A stretch of DNA of 64,000 bases, from assembly GCA_951804945.1 (NCBI GenBank), contig OX638155.1, positions 62,868,001 to 62,932,000 of the forward strand. Reading direction: 5' to 3'. This DNA comes from Podarcis cretensis (Eukaryota). The notes below the pieces were generated by a model, which did not search any database, was not told where the DNA came from, and saw only the letters and a list, made by a program, of their open reading frames with translations. Positions 37,870 through 50,437 of this stretch are shown one piece after another. The first letter of the stretch is position 1, and each line of letters begins with the position of its first letter. The translations under genes and the position numbers were made by a program.

Positions 37870-40528
37870 AGTCTTTTGGAGTCTGAAGTGGCTAATGTTG
37901 TTATTATTATTATATTTATTCAATTTATATACAACTCTTCATTCCAAGATGTTGGGGTTGCTACATTCAAGTGCTTTGAATAAAGTTGAGGGACAAGTCC
38001 GCCTGGGAATGATGAAGCAGGAACATGTTCTATCACTCTCAGAGGGAATTGTACCGTCAGAATGTGGCTCACTCGTGGCCTCAGAGTGGCTAGATGACTT
38101 CTGTAGAAGTCATCTGATAATCACTGAACCGCTATGTACAGGAATCTTCTGGACTGCAGATTCTAAAGTAGACTCATGCTGTAATCTAGGTCAAGATGAC
38201 GATGGGACTGGCTCAGTTATATCCACTTTATAATCTGAGTTCTGCAGATTCCTTCCCCTTCACTTCATGAACATTAAATTGGGGTGGACAACCTGATCCT
38301 ATGCAAACCTAAGTGCTCCTGAGCCAGTTGAAATCAGTGGGCTTGAGCACTTTTAATTGAGCACAAATATAGATGCCTAACCCAGCAATCTCCCATGAAA
38401 ACAAACTGACCCCTCATCTCAAGTCAACAAGCTGTGGCAGGGTTTCTTTGTGTGAGAGAGTAGGCCCTATATCCAGCAAAAGACCTCTTTGTTTTAAGAA
38501 ACTGTAAGAAATCAGAGAATAAGTAGTTTTCTCACATACTTGAACCTGGTTCTGAAAAACTGAAAGCTCATTTACAGAAAGGCTGCTAATGAAATCATAA
38601 GGAAAATATGTTGGCTTGAAAGCAAAAATAAAGACAAATGACCAAGGAATTGTTGTTTTCCATAAGTTCTTGCTGCATGTGCTAATTACAGGGTATGAGG
38701 GTGATTCAAGTATCTTTTAATCTATCATCTCTCTCACTGCCAGGAATTTTACAAAGGGTGTGAAGATAGAAAGGACTGGGAGTAATTTCATTTATGATTG
38801 AAAGAAAATAATCAGAGTAGCCAGCATATAATATCTGGAGCTGGATGATCCTATTTGCACGGCTTTGAAGGACAAATACATTATTATCAGTGATGTTAAT
38901 GAAAGGGAAGATGGGATCTCAAGCAGATGTATTTATTTATATCTAGACACAAAATAGTATCATCAGAGGAAAAAACTGACACAGGAAAGAAACCCACTGG
39001 GATATGAGCAGATAGTCATTCTGTTATAAACTATCAAAGTTATTCAGATGGGACAAAACCAGGACTTTGTAGCCATTAAGGTAGGTCAGCTATTTGATGC
39101 ACAGACTGTGGATACAGGATGGTTTCCAAATGAAGGTCAGTTGTCTGACTTTTAAAAACAAAAACAGAAAAGAAGAAGGAAATGTGCTTTGGCAACGTTA
39201 ATTATTGCAATGTGCAAAATATCACGGATTGGAATCTCCTACTGTACCTTTTATCAGACAGATCTTTAGCGTCCTGATAGCTGATAGAAATATATTGAAA
39301 ATTAGGCCTTCTCCTACTTTTGGTGGCAAAAAGGCGAAAAACCAGCTCCACCTTTGGGAAATGGAAAACTGAAGTTAAATACAAGTTCTGTGTTGCCCAT
39401 ATCCATGGGATAAGATCCACATCAATGTTGCAATAGCTTTAAAAAGATGCCATTTGTTTTGAAATGCTCCTGGCCCCTGGTGACTGATAAGATGTGAGCT
39501 GCCGGTATTTACCAATAGGATATTATCCCACAGAATCTAATTTTGTGGAGCTGCTTCTTGGATAGGTTTCTGTATCAATTTCTCTCAGTTCAGAGTGCTG
39601 CAGCCGGAGCTCTCAATTGTCTCGGTATTAGCTTTCCTTAGCGCATCACTCTTGCACTCTTGTTTCTGCCCTGGGTACCCATTAAATCTGGCATTACATA
39701 TGGAATTGCATGGCCGACCTTCAAAGCAATGCTTCAGTTTAGTCCTGCTTAACTTGCAGACCTCCAATCTAACTATTTGCTTAGTCATGCCTTGAGGTCC
39801 TACCCTGCTGGTCTCCTGTCAACTCCGACTTTAAAGGTGAAAGCCTTTTGTTCCCAGGCTTTTCAGTTTCTGTGCCCCTTACACTTGGACTTCTTTGTGA
39901 CTAAAGAATCGGAAATCACTACGCTCCTTATTTGGCTCCTTTCTTTTTAAAAAAAAAACACACACCATGCTTTAAACTCTTGTCTTCTCTCTCTATCTCT
40001 TAGTTTTCACTCCACAAGCTTTGATATAGATGCTGTAGGGTTGCATTCCCTACTTTGAACTCGCGATCGCTAGGATTTATTTTTAAATACAAATAGCCCT
40101 CTGAATGCTGGAGGTGGTGAGACAGGAAGGAGGCTGACTTTGCTACCATCTTGGCATTGTTCCCAAATCACTTTCAAAGCTGTCCTGTTCACTCAAGGAG
40201 ACGATCACCTCAGGAAGCGTGGAGGGTAACACAATTCCCTCTGCAACATTTCTCCTCCTCGCCAATCTAACAGGAAAGTGGGCAGTTAATTTCTAACTCC
40301 CTCTACAAGCCTTCACATGCTTCATTTGATAGGTATTCGGTAGGGAAAACGTGGTGGCATCTGCCGGCTTCCATTGGGCCTGCCTCCACCACCATGGTAT
40401 GCTCATTGTAACTTGCGAAATGGCTTATATGCACACAAACCACAGTCATCTGGGCTCTATGAGTAACTAGGAATCCAGCCTGTTCAACAGTCCCCATGCA
40501 TGTTTACAGAGGCTACATACATGTAGTA

Positions 40529-40754
40529 CAGTGGTACCTCTGGTTATGTACTTAATTAGTTCTGGAGGTCTGTTCTTAACGTAAAACCATTCTTAACCTG
40601 AGGCACCACTTTAGCCAATGGGACCTCCCGCTGCAGCCGTGCCGCCACCACACAGTTTCTGTTCTCATCCTGAGGTAAAGTTCTTAACCCGAGGTACTGC
40701 TTCTGGGTTAGCGGAGTCTGTAACCCGAAGTGTTTGTAACCCAAGGTACCACTG
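40529..40754. mobile_element. Tc1/mariner MITE, family A
   Basis: TA|CAGTGGTACCT ... AGGTACCACTG|TA. Confidence 0.9.
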
Positions 40755-40938
40755 TACATGCCAAATACACATTGGGAAAGGGCTCGGCCAACAGACAGAA
40801 CCCCCACCACCACCCGGTGCATTCTTTGTAGCACACAAAAGGTCCAAAGTTATTCAGTACAACCTTGCAGCAGGTGTAAATAGACAATAAAATAGCATAA
40901 AGCAATGTCAGGGAATAAAATAGCATAAAGCTATGTCA

Positions 40939-41172
40939 GGTGGCGCTGTGGGTAAAACCTCAGCGCCTAGGACTTGCCGATCATCAGGTCGGCGGTTTGA
41001 ATCACCGCGGCGGGGTGCGCTCCCGTTGCTCGGTCCCAGCGCCTGCCAACCTAGCAGTTCGAAAGCACCCCCGGGTGCAAGTAGATAAATAGGGACCGCT
41101 TACCAGCGGGAAGGTAAACGGCATTTCCGTGTGCTGCGCTGGCTCGCCAGATGTAGCTTGTCACCCTGGCCA
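40939..41172 (+). mobile_element. Sauria SINE, young CpG-rich subfamily, 3'-truncated
   Basis: GGTGGCGCTGTGGGTAAAACCTCAGCGCCTAGG..; shares diagnostic positions with 59418-59780 and has no ACCTTT tail. Confidence 0.9.
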
Positions 41173-42710
41173 GAACTCACCATGAGCGCCTTTCTTGTTC
41201 TCTTATAATGTATTTCTTATCAATAAAAGATCTGATGTGGCATGAGCAAATTTTTATTCTGAAAGTGGGGCCCAGAGGAAAAAGTTTGAGAACCACTGAT
41301 GCAGAGTCACCTCTGCAAACAGGTTTATCTCCTGCTAGCCGAGGGCTGCAATGAGGAGGAGAGGAAATGCTGTCTCTTGGTCTTTGTGGATCATGCCACA
41401 AAAATCAAGACACATCATTTGCTCTCCTCTAACCCATTTGTTGCAGGGCTGTGTGTGAGGGAAAGAGTGTGAAAGAGAGCACACACATGCATGAGTTGTG
41501 GCTGTGCGTGAGAGGGAGTGAGAGCAGGAGAGAAAGCCGTGTACCTACATGTGTGGGGAATGCTGTCAGTAATAGTGAGAGAGAGGGAGGGAAGGAAGGA
41601 AGAAAGAAAGAAAGAAAAAGAGGGAAGACAGAGCAAGAGCAAATCTGGAGACATAACCCTTCCTTTTGCTCTCTGTGTGTGCCCCTACCCCCACTGTGAT
41701 TCATGCGTAGGATTTGATTTTGCTCACACTTGTGGGAAAGGTTGCCACAGGTATTACCTTCAGAAAGATCCAATTAGACCAACAATTAATGTTGCAAAAG
41801 GCAAAGTAAATGCCCTAGCTGCCATCCTGCCCAAGCACAGGAACCATTTCCATTGTATGACTCGGCCTGAGTTAAAGGTAGAGCAACCGCCTTCGCTAAG
41901 CCAATTCTAGTGCTTGCTTCCACCTTAACAAATAAACATTTATAAATGAATGCAAGCATGTGTGGGTGGAGCTCATTTTCTAGACATGTGATTCTTGATG
42001 AAAAACATCTGATTTATGCTGGCACATGTGGGAATGCTTTTAGAAAGCCCCCATTTTCATGTGGAAATTAAATATAGGCAATGGGAAAACACTTTCTGTA
42101 TATACAAATCTTGGCTGCACGGTTAACATCTGGAATACATTCCATTTCTGTAAACTATACTTGCCTCCCTTTCTACCACATTTCTAGAGCAGCAAGCAGC
42201 AAAGATGTACATGGATATTAAGCATGCTTTCGACGAGCTTCTTCCCATTTGAGACAATCTGCCATATGCCAATGGGATGTTACTGGGCATGATGTAATTC
42301 AAATCTCCCTAGGAAATCTGAAAGCGCTCTTTTTACTAGGAATCAGGCCTCACAAACAACTTGGACTTTAAATCCTCCTTGCTGGGTTAAGTAAATATGA
42401 TCTGGGTCATCTTCTCCGAAGTGGCCTTTGGCACACAATTATAGTAGCCACAACTGGTTTTACAGCTGCATGGCCTAATGCACATCTGACATCCAGCAGG
42501 CAGGGAGCAGATCTTTGCCTCTTACCAAAGCCCCCAGATTCTCCATGAATGCCCAGAATGGAAATGTAGAGTTAGGTTGCCAAGGGTTGTGCTTTGATCT
42601 TGTAAACTTATATCTGGGATAATTTCTCTGCATCATTCTTAAACTTAAATATGACATTCATAGAAAGGAGAGTTTAGAAGACACACACATGCACACATTA
42701 TCATCTGAGG

Positions 42711-43322
42711 TGTGATGGCCTGGGACTCGGGCTCAGATTCAGAACCAGAGGAGTCTCAGTCCGCACTGGATCCTTTGCCTCGGGTGGCATCTGAACCAAG
42801 TCTGGGGCCTGATTCTGAACAGCCCCAGTCTGCACAGGTTCCCCTGCAACAAGCACCAGCTGGGCTGAGTCAGGGGCCTGAGACTGCCCTGGCTCCAGAT
42901 GCAGGGATTACCTCGTTGCCTTCAGCTGGGCAATCACTTACAGTTGCTCCTCTACCAGTTACGTCAAGAGAGGCTGAGGCGGCCTCTGGGTCTAGTAACC
43001 CACCGACATCTCCCAAGCTGCAGAGACTAAGGTCAGAGAGAAGGAGAGACCTGAGTACTCGCAGGAGGAGTGCTCACCTTCGGGCAAGACAGGGAGGTGA
43101 GTCACCGGGGGGATCAGGACCGGCTGTTACCCCGACAAAGATAAAAGACCCCGCCCCAGGTTTCGGGAGCAACATTGCTGTTTGCTAGAACCTGCCTGAG
43201 ACCCTGTGCCCGATCCTGCCTGGTTTCCTGACTTGGCCCTGTCGGACTGACTCCTCGCGGTACCCTTGGATTCGGGACCAGACCTGGACTACATCGCTCA
43301 GGTTACCCCCGGCCCCAGCACA
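42711..43322 (+). mobile_element. Solo LTR (Gypsy-like), intact
   Basis: TGTGATGG...CCAGCACA termini (TG..CA, imperfect inverted ends), a perfect 5-bp TSD TGAGG (42706-42710 / 43323-43327), and a TATA-like GATAAAA near 43140. Confidence 0.88.
42715..43188 (+). CDS. LTR-internal ORF (157 aa): acidic Ser/Pro-rich N-terminus with a basic RRRSAHL motif; function unknown
   Basis: ATG at base 5 of the LTR, open to TAG at 43186-43188. The motif layout is echoed in the LTR at 1-422. There is no expression evidence. Confidence 0.35.
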   Translation: MAWDSGSDSEPEESQSALDPLPRVASEPSLGPDSEQPQSAQVPLQQAPAGLSQGPETALAPDAGITSLPSAGQSLTVAPLPVTSREAEAASGSSNPPTSPKLQRLRSERRRDLSTRRRSAHLRARQGGESPGGSGPAVTPTKIKDPAPGFGSNIAVC

Positions 43323-43650
43323 TGAGGATAGAGAAGAGTTGTGGGTTTGGGTGAGCTATCTCATGCCACTGATATATCTAGCTACTGATATACCTGTTAA
43401 CCTTACCATAGCTGAGAACTAAACTCTTGAAGACTTTTTCCATTGACTGCTATATTCTGAATTGGCTTTTGGTCTGTTTATAAAATTACACCCCTCTAAC
43501 TGCATGTACTTGCTCTTCTTCCCCACCTAATTTTATTTCTCTGCCCAGCTCTTGCACTCAATATTACTTCTAGGCTACAGATCCTATGTCTACTTTCTTC
43601 CTGTGCTACTTCAACTCCAGCCTATAACAACATTGAAAGCAACAGTTGAC

Positions 43651-43963
43651 CAGAACCAGCTCTACCATTAGGCAGAGTGAAGCAATCACCTCATGTGGCA
43701 GATGCTGAGGAGGACAGCAACAGCAGCCCCCAGCTGCCACTCTTGAGTCCCCCGTCCCACAACCATTCTGCTATCTTATCACACAGCCTGTCCTAAGGCT
43801 CCTAATCTGGGCTGATGCCTCAGGTGAGGTGGGGGATACTGTTGTGTCACCAGCATTAAAGTAGAGCTCAACTGCCGTTCCAATTGGCTTCTATACATGA
43901 AACGGGGAGGGCTCACCATCTTGTCTTTCACCTCAGGCAGCAAAATGTTTTGGGTTGGCACTG
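43651..43963. mobile_element. Old hAT-like MITE
   Basis: CAGAACCAGC.. / ..GTTGGCACTG termini; homologous to 29583-29822. Confidence 0.55.
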
Positions 43964-45052
43964 ACAACAGTGAAAATGGATAATGTATGGCTCCACTGAA
44001 AACAAGACAGCCAGCTTTATAAAACAAACGGGTTTGCCTCAGGATACGAGGGTTGGCTCCCAGTCCTGTGGGACAGGGGTGCACAGGAAAATTAACATAG
44101 AAACATGACCTATGTTGTCATGCCTACCCTCACAAACAAGGAAGCAGTTAAAACACATTTGCAAACAACAGCGCCTAAGTCCATGACACACAGAAAAGAA
44201 TCCTTCATAAAACGTTTCAGTGTTTCCTCTTGCAGCTGTTCCAGCCTGGGGTCAAATTTTGAACAAGGGCCTGGTCCTTTGTCTAAGAAAAAGCAGGGTG
44301 GCGAAGTATTACAGAACTTTTTTTATGACATGAAATGAAAAAGTAAAAGCGAGAAGCAAGCTTCCTGAAACATGAGTAATTTATAAGAATGCAGTAAATG
44401 TCTTCAAGAGGTATTATCTGGCTCACCACCATCACCACAAAATTAAGGCACTGCCGTTAGCTGTGCCGAGAGAACTTGCTGAACTCTTGAGGCGCTCCTC
44501 CAAAAACAAACCATCCCCTTCTGAGGCAATCAACTCAAACTGAAACAGCAACAAAGGTTTTGAGCCGCAAATGGAGGAGCCACAGTCTGCTGCAAGGCTT
44601 GTCATAAAATTTGCTTGAGGAAAACTCAAGGGGTCATGCGGCGGTACGGAAATAATGGATAAGCCCTGCTGCTTCTAAAGCATGCCTGCACAACTTGTAG
44701 GGTAACCAACGAACCAGAAAACAACTGGATCAGCAGAGCAGCTTGGGGGTGCCCTCTACCTCCACTTCCAAAATGGAAGGGGAGAAACTGAGATTCCTGC
44801 CTTTGTCTAGTTTTCCCGATTTTATTGCTTTCTGGCTTTATTTTGCTTATGTCCACGTTTTTCAATTGCTCTGTTGTGAGAAACATGTACTGCTGCAGCA
44901 TTATCTCAAGGCCTGGACCACCCCAGGGAGCAGACTTGAGTGCGGCAGTCTTCACTCAGGTACACTCCCACCCCATATAATATGGCCGACACTGCCCTCG
45001 GCAGCACTTTCAACCAGGAGCATCAGAGAAGAAGGAAGAAATTTAGGGTATA

Positions 45053-45186
45053 TCAGGGGAGAGGAATCTGTGGCCCTCCAGATGGTGTTTGACTCAAACT
45101 CCCATCAGCCCCAGCCAACATGGCCAATGGTAAGGGATGGTGGGAGGTGTCATAATATCTGGAGGGCACCACATTTGCTATCCCTA
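45053..45186. mobile_element. Short hairpin hAT-like MITE
   Basis: GGCCCTCCAGATG..ACTCCCATC .. GATGGTGGGAG..TATCTGGAGGGC inverted arms; same family as 63264. Confidence 0.65.
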
Positions 45187-46520
45187 GAATTAAATATTTC
45201 TAAAAAGATACTAAAAACCAATTTTGATGGCCTTCCAGGTACTTTACTGAAACTACCATCGTTCTTAAGCATCATATCTCTGAAGCGGAACTTTTTCTGT
45301 TTTCTCTTTATAAAGATATTTGTTTTGAGGGTCACTTCACAGCAGATCACACTGAATAATTTCTTGTTCTGCTCAGTATAGCAGATTCTTATATTTCGGG
45401 CGGGGGGAATACACAACCACAGTAGGATGTGTTTTTCAATAGTTACCATGCCCTTGGGTGGCTGGTCATGTAATCATTCCAGTGTTTGTGGTAGTGCATG
45501 TGTTATTGATCAGACCACAAGTGGCTTAGTCAGGGCCATGCAAGCTTGGAATGCATGCTGTTTGGCCGCGCAAGTGACTGCAATGTGTTTACAATGAAAT
45601 GTGAACATATGCTGCCCTCTGATACCATGGGAGCTTCACATGCCATGCCAAGCCTCACAACAGGGGGTAATTTGAAAAGGAGACAGTAGGAGGCAATCTG
45701 CACTGAGAGAGGCAAAAGCGTAGGCAGCTGGAAGTTTAGGGAAGGGGAAATGTCATGTGGACAATGGATAATTAGTGGGGGTACAGGTGTCAAGGACTGA
45801 GCAGAGGAGGAATAGTGGAGACCGCCTCCCCATCCTGACCCCTCCAGGGAGAAGGAAGAGGAAGACACTGTTTACAACAGTGGTTTGCGGGAGGTCACAG
45901 CTAAGAGTCAGATGAGGGGGAAATAACGGGAGAGGAGGAAGCAGAAATGGAGTGGCAGCTGGCTGGCACAATGTCTTTAGAAAGCATTCCAGACCCTCCA
46001 TCTCCCAGAACCTGGCAAGCCTTGAAAGTAGGAGAGCAAAGAGCTCAAAGACAGAGGGCACGTAGCAGCACCTGTAGAAGTGACGAATGAGGACGTGGGA
46101 GAGACTGGGGGTGGAGATTCACTTGGGACAGTGCCATTATCCAAGAGGCTGGGTTCTATAGCCTCTCTCTGTAATATTGAAATAAAAAAGGACGGTAAGA
46201 AACTTTTCCTTGTCTTTATATTTTCCTGGGCAACCAGCCGTGAGCTGCTGATAGCATCCTGACAACAGGAAGGTTACCAGATTAAGCAACAGCACGGCCC
46301 TATGATATTAGGTTAATAAACTACTGAAGACTGAAGAACTAATTGACAGAAAAGAATCTGCTCCCTTCTTGAGCTAACGTGTAATTAGATGGTGAAGGGC
46401 ATGGCATTACAAACCATAAACATAAAACTGGTCATCCAAATGCTGTAAACAAAACAAAACAAAACAAAACAAAACAAAAGCCACACACATAGATATGCTT
46501 ATATCTCTTGATCCTAAATT

Positions 46521-46643
46521 AGCCTTCCCCAACCTGATGCTCTCCCCAACTTCCACCAGTCCGAGTCAGCAGAGTCGTTGGTCAGGGGTGATGGGAGTCT
46601 GGGAATACCAACATATGGAGAGCAGCAGCCTGGGGGATGCTGT
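46521..46643. mobile_element. Short hairpin hAT-like MITE (degenerate)
   Basis: AGCCTTCCCCAACCTGATGCTCTCC / GGAGAGCAGCAGCCTGGGGGATGCT inverted ends. Confidence 0.55.
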
Positions 46644-47099
46644 CATAGATGTAGCACTTTAACATCTGGTGGTATGGTCATGCATTTCAATGGTGAAATG
46701 CTACATTTGATGCTGTGCACCCATTCCCAACTTCTTCACCCTAAAACCTTGTAAAACCTTTATTTTATCGTAAATATCAGAAAATCAATAGGAGGAACAA
46801 CAGCAATTGCAAACATGAAATTCAAAGTAATGACAAAATATTTCCTTTCACAGCGCAATCGATGTAATGTGCATTCCAGAGCTCAATAAAATACTTCAAT
46901 CTGTTGAAAGAAAACCTTTTCTGCATTCCACTTTCTCTCCAATTGACATAATAGTCTAGTTTACACATATCTATATCATCTCCTATACTTCGTTAGACTG
47001 TATTTAACCTTCCAGAAATGCCTTTATATTGTCTTTTCTGTCCACCTCCTTACCACAAAAATATTCTGCAGGAGTTAACATATTGCTAATGAATTTTTT

Positions 47100-47100
<1 letters not shown>

Positions 47101-47142
<42 letters not shown>
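47101..47142. repeat. (AC)n(AT)n microsatellite
   Basis: Read directly from the sequence. Confidence 0.95.
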
Positions 47143-47166
47143 GCAGCAATATAACTGTGGGATCTT

Positions 47167-47214
47167 GGAAAGTGAAAAGTTATGAGGGAGGGAAAGTGAA
47201 AAGTTATGAGGGAG
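47167..47214. repeat. 24-bp perfect tandem duplication
   Basis: GGAAAGTGAAAAGTTATGAGGGAG x2. Confidence 0.9.
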
Positions 47215-47347
47215 GGAGGAGAACCTGTGGCTTTCAGAAGTTCCTGGGCTCCAACTCCCATCAGTTCCAGAAAGCATGCCCAACTTTCAGGGATAATGGA
47301 AGCCGTAGTCCAACAACATCAGGAGGACCACAGGTTCCTTACTCCTG
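47215..47347. mobile_element. Short hairpin hAT-like MITE (degenerate)
   Basis: GAACCTGTGGC..AACTCCCATC .. GATAATGGAAG..GACCACAGGTTC. Confidence 0.55.
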
Positions 47348-49499
47348 CTATAGATGAGTTTTGAATCAGAGGCCTCTGTATCCTGGTGCTATGGCTGGTG
47401 ATGAGCTACATGAAAGGTCTGAAGCACAAAACCTAGTCAGGCATTCTTTGAAAGCCTGTGGAAATAAATGTAGTGGGTGAGCAGAGCTATGTTTTCTGTT
47501 GCCATCTGCTAACATCCCTGTCTCCACTAGCTCCAACCCCAACCTTTGTATATTGAGTGGTAAGGTCTGAATGGAAGGTTAGAATGGGAATCCATTGTGT
47601 ACTTAGAATCGTTCTTGTGATCATTAATCCCTTCAGACTTTCCCTCTCAACACGCAGGATTCAAAAGTGAAGCTGGTTGGGTAGTTAGGGATGAGGCAGG
47701 TTTACACAACCCTGCTCCCCCTCCACATTTATTATCCCAAGGCATAGGCAGCCATTGTGATGCCCTCAAGATGTTTCGGACTACAACTTCCACCTACCAT
47801 AGACAACATGGTCAATAGTCAGGGATTATGGGAACTATAACACAAAACATCTAGAGACCACCGCATTAGCTAGCTCTTCCCTATGCTTTCAGTGAATGCA
47901 TGAATAGGACTACTGTGCACTGCAGACTTGTCTTCTGTTCCAAATAAAGTCTCACCTCGCTGCAAAGTCTTCTAGATCACTGCTGGGTGGATGGCAGTTC
48001 TCCTCTTGCTCCTGGCATGCAGACTGATTGCCCTTCACTGATCCTGATCTGAGCCTTAACCAAGCCTGACCTATGCTTCCGCTTGCTGATTCCACTCATT
48101 CCCATCTTCTGACCTTCTGACTTGACCCTTACCTAGACTCATGTTAAATTTTGCCTCTCAGAAACAATTCACATTTGCTATTATCAGTGCCGAGCTCAGG
48201 GATCAGTAAAGTAAGACAAAAGCTGAAAATTGTACAAAAGTGGGGGGAAGGGTTTTGGTTGTTTGGTTTTCAGAACTGGGATGGAAAACACAATCGTGCA
48301 GTTGGGAGGCTGAAGGTAGAGAGAAATACTCCTTAGTTTGAAAGTCACCAATCATGCAACAAGTCTTGAAAAAAACATGTTGGTGAGATGCTTTCTTCTG
48401 CATTGTATACTTAATTGCTGAAGATCTGTGATGTTATTTCCCACATGGTTTTAATGCAGTAGCAGTTTAAATTCTCATTAAGGGGAAAAAACAAAGCCTG
48501 ATTCAGTAATCTAATTTAAAGGTGTAGCAGAACAACATCTCCTTCATCTCGCTCTTAACCTTCACATTGGGAAGCATTCCATATGTTCAAAGTGTCCTTG
48601 ATATAAATGAATAATTCCCTTCTCTCACAACATAATGTACTGGCTTGCAACCTACTTCCTTTAGAGCAATCCCATGGACTCTGGTGCACTTTTAAAGAGC
48701 AGAATGTGCAGAGATTGCAGTCTGCTTTGGTTAAATGTAAGATGGGGTAGGAGAAGCAGTAACCAAACCTCTGAAGCTAAGATGTCCTCTTGATTGTCCC
48801 ATTTCAAACTCATATATAGCCTTTAAGAAACATACTTCAATGATTTGCATATGATTTTGTATGGTGGTCAGTAGAGGGAAAAAACACAGGGCTTTTCAGG
48901 GACACCTAATCTTAATAAAGTGGTTATTTCAAACATCTAGTTTTGTTTATGGAAACACATCATTTAAAAATAAAAAGTGGCTTGAGGTTTTGATCTTCTG
49001 TTTCAAAGGAGGGGAAAAAAGAGAGAGAGAAATTCAATGGAATTAATAACACTTGCAGCATATCAGCCCACTCACATAAAGAAATGCAATTTAGCAAAAT
49101 GAGTGTGGTTGGAAAAGCAGGCCAGAATAACAAACTACTTACTTCAGATCCACCCAAGACTTGTAAGGGGGCCATGGCAATTAACATAATAGTCGTGTTA
49201 GTTGGGATGTGAGGTCTTTATGCTTGAGATGCTTCCCAATTAAAGCGCTCTGTTTGAAGTGGGAATTAGTTTTAACATTTGCAATGTCAGAGTATTTATT
49301 TCTAGAGATTGTTCTTATTTCAAGTGATGCCAGCATTACATTTTCAACTCAGTAGTGCTATCACCAAGTTTCTCCACTGTTTTTATTTACGGAAAGTGAG
49401 TGACAGAAGAATGGTACTAAGCCAAAAAAGAGAAAGAGAGCAAATTTCCCCCCAAGTTTTAACCCTAAATAATATAGGCCTTCTGGGATGTAGATTTGT

Positions 49500-49591
49500 T
49501 ATATTTTAGTGTATTTTTGGTTTTTATGGAAGCCGCCCAGAGTGGCTGGGGAGACCCAGCCAGATGGGCGGGGTACAAATAATAAATTATA

Positions 49592-49633
<42 letters not shown>
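49500..49633 (+). mobile_element. L2-type 3' tail with (TTA)n microsatellite
   Basis: AGCCGCCCAGAGTGGCTGGGGAGACCCAGCCAGATGGGCGGGGTACAAATAATAAA followed by (TTA)n. Confidence 0.8.
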
Positions 49634-49634
<1 letters not shown>

Positions 49635-50195
49635 CAGGCAAAAAGACCCATTATCTTTATTGAGACTTCCTTGGGAAAGGACTAGGGCTGTGTATACAAG
49701 GGCTGTGTACATGCAAAGCCTTTGAAATGCACAGAGATCATTTTTCACAATGCACTTTTGCACATAGTGGTCTGCAACTATACACTGAAAGTTTTTAATG
49801 TTTAATTTCTCACTGTTGTTTTTTTATGTTAGCAGAGTGATTGGGGCAACCCAGTCAGATTGGTGTGGTGTAAGAAATAAATTGTTGTTTTTATTGCATA
49901 GCATTGCATGATAAAATCATCTGAAGCAACAACTGCCATATGTCCAGTATTTGTCTGTTGGAAATAGCATCTGGGTGGAATTACCAAAAATCGGTAAAAA
50001 TGGGAAAACCCGGGTATATGTCAACGCATGTCAGAAGTGTTGATTTTTTGGTAAATTTCCTTGGAAATAGCTGGAAAACTTAATATTTTGCAAAAAAAGA
50101 TCAACAAGTTTTGTGTCTGGGCTATCACCTTTTGAAATATGGCCACCCTACTATCTGTGTTGTCCATACACAGAGATGGGCATGTTTTCAAACTA

Positions 50196-50437
50196 CAGTG
50201 GTACCTCGGGATACATACACTTCAGGTTACAGATGCTTCAGGTTACAGACTCCACTAACCCAGAAATAGTACCTCGGGTTCAGAACTTTGCTTCAGCATG
50301 AGAACAAAAATCGTGCTCCGGCGGCGTGGCGGCAGCGGGAGGTCCCATTAGCTAAAGTGGTCCTTCAGGTTAAGAACAGTTTCAGGTTAAGAACAGACCT
50401 CCAGAATGGATTAAGTACTTAACCTGAGGTACCACTG
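50196..50437. mobile_element. Tc1/mariner MITE, family A
   Basis: TA|CAGTGGTACCTC ... GAGGTACCACTG|TA. Confidence 0.9.

Noticed and set aside
44743-45381. 212-aa ORF
   Set aside because: TTG start, crosses a MITE, and has no protein-like features.
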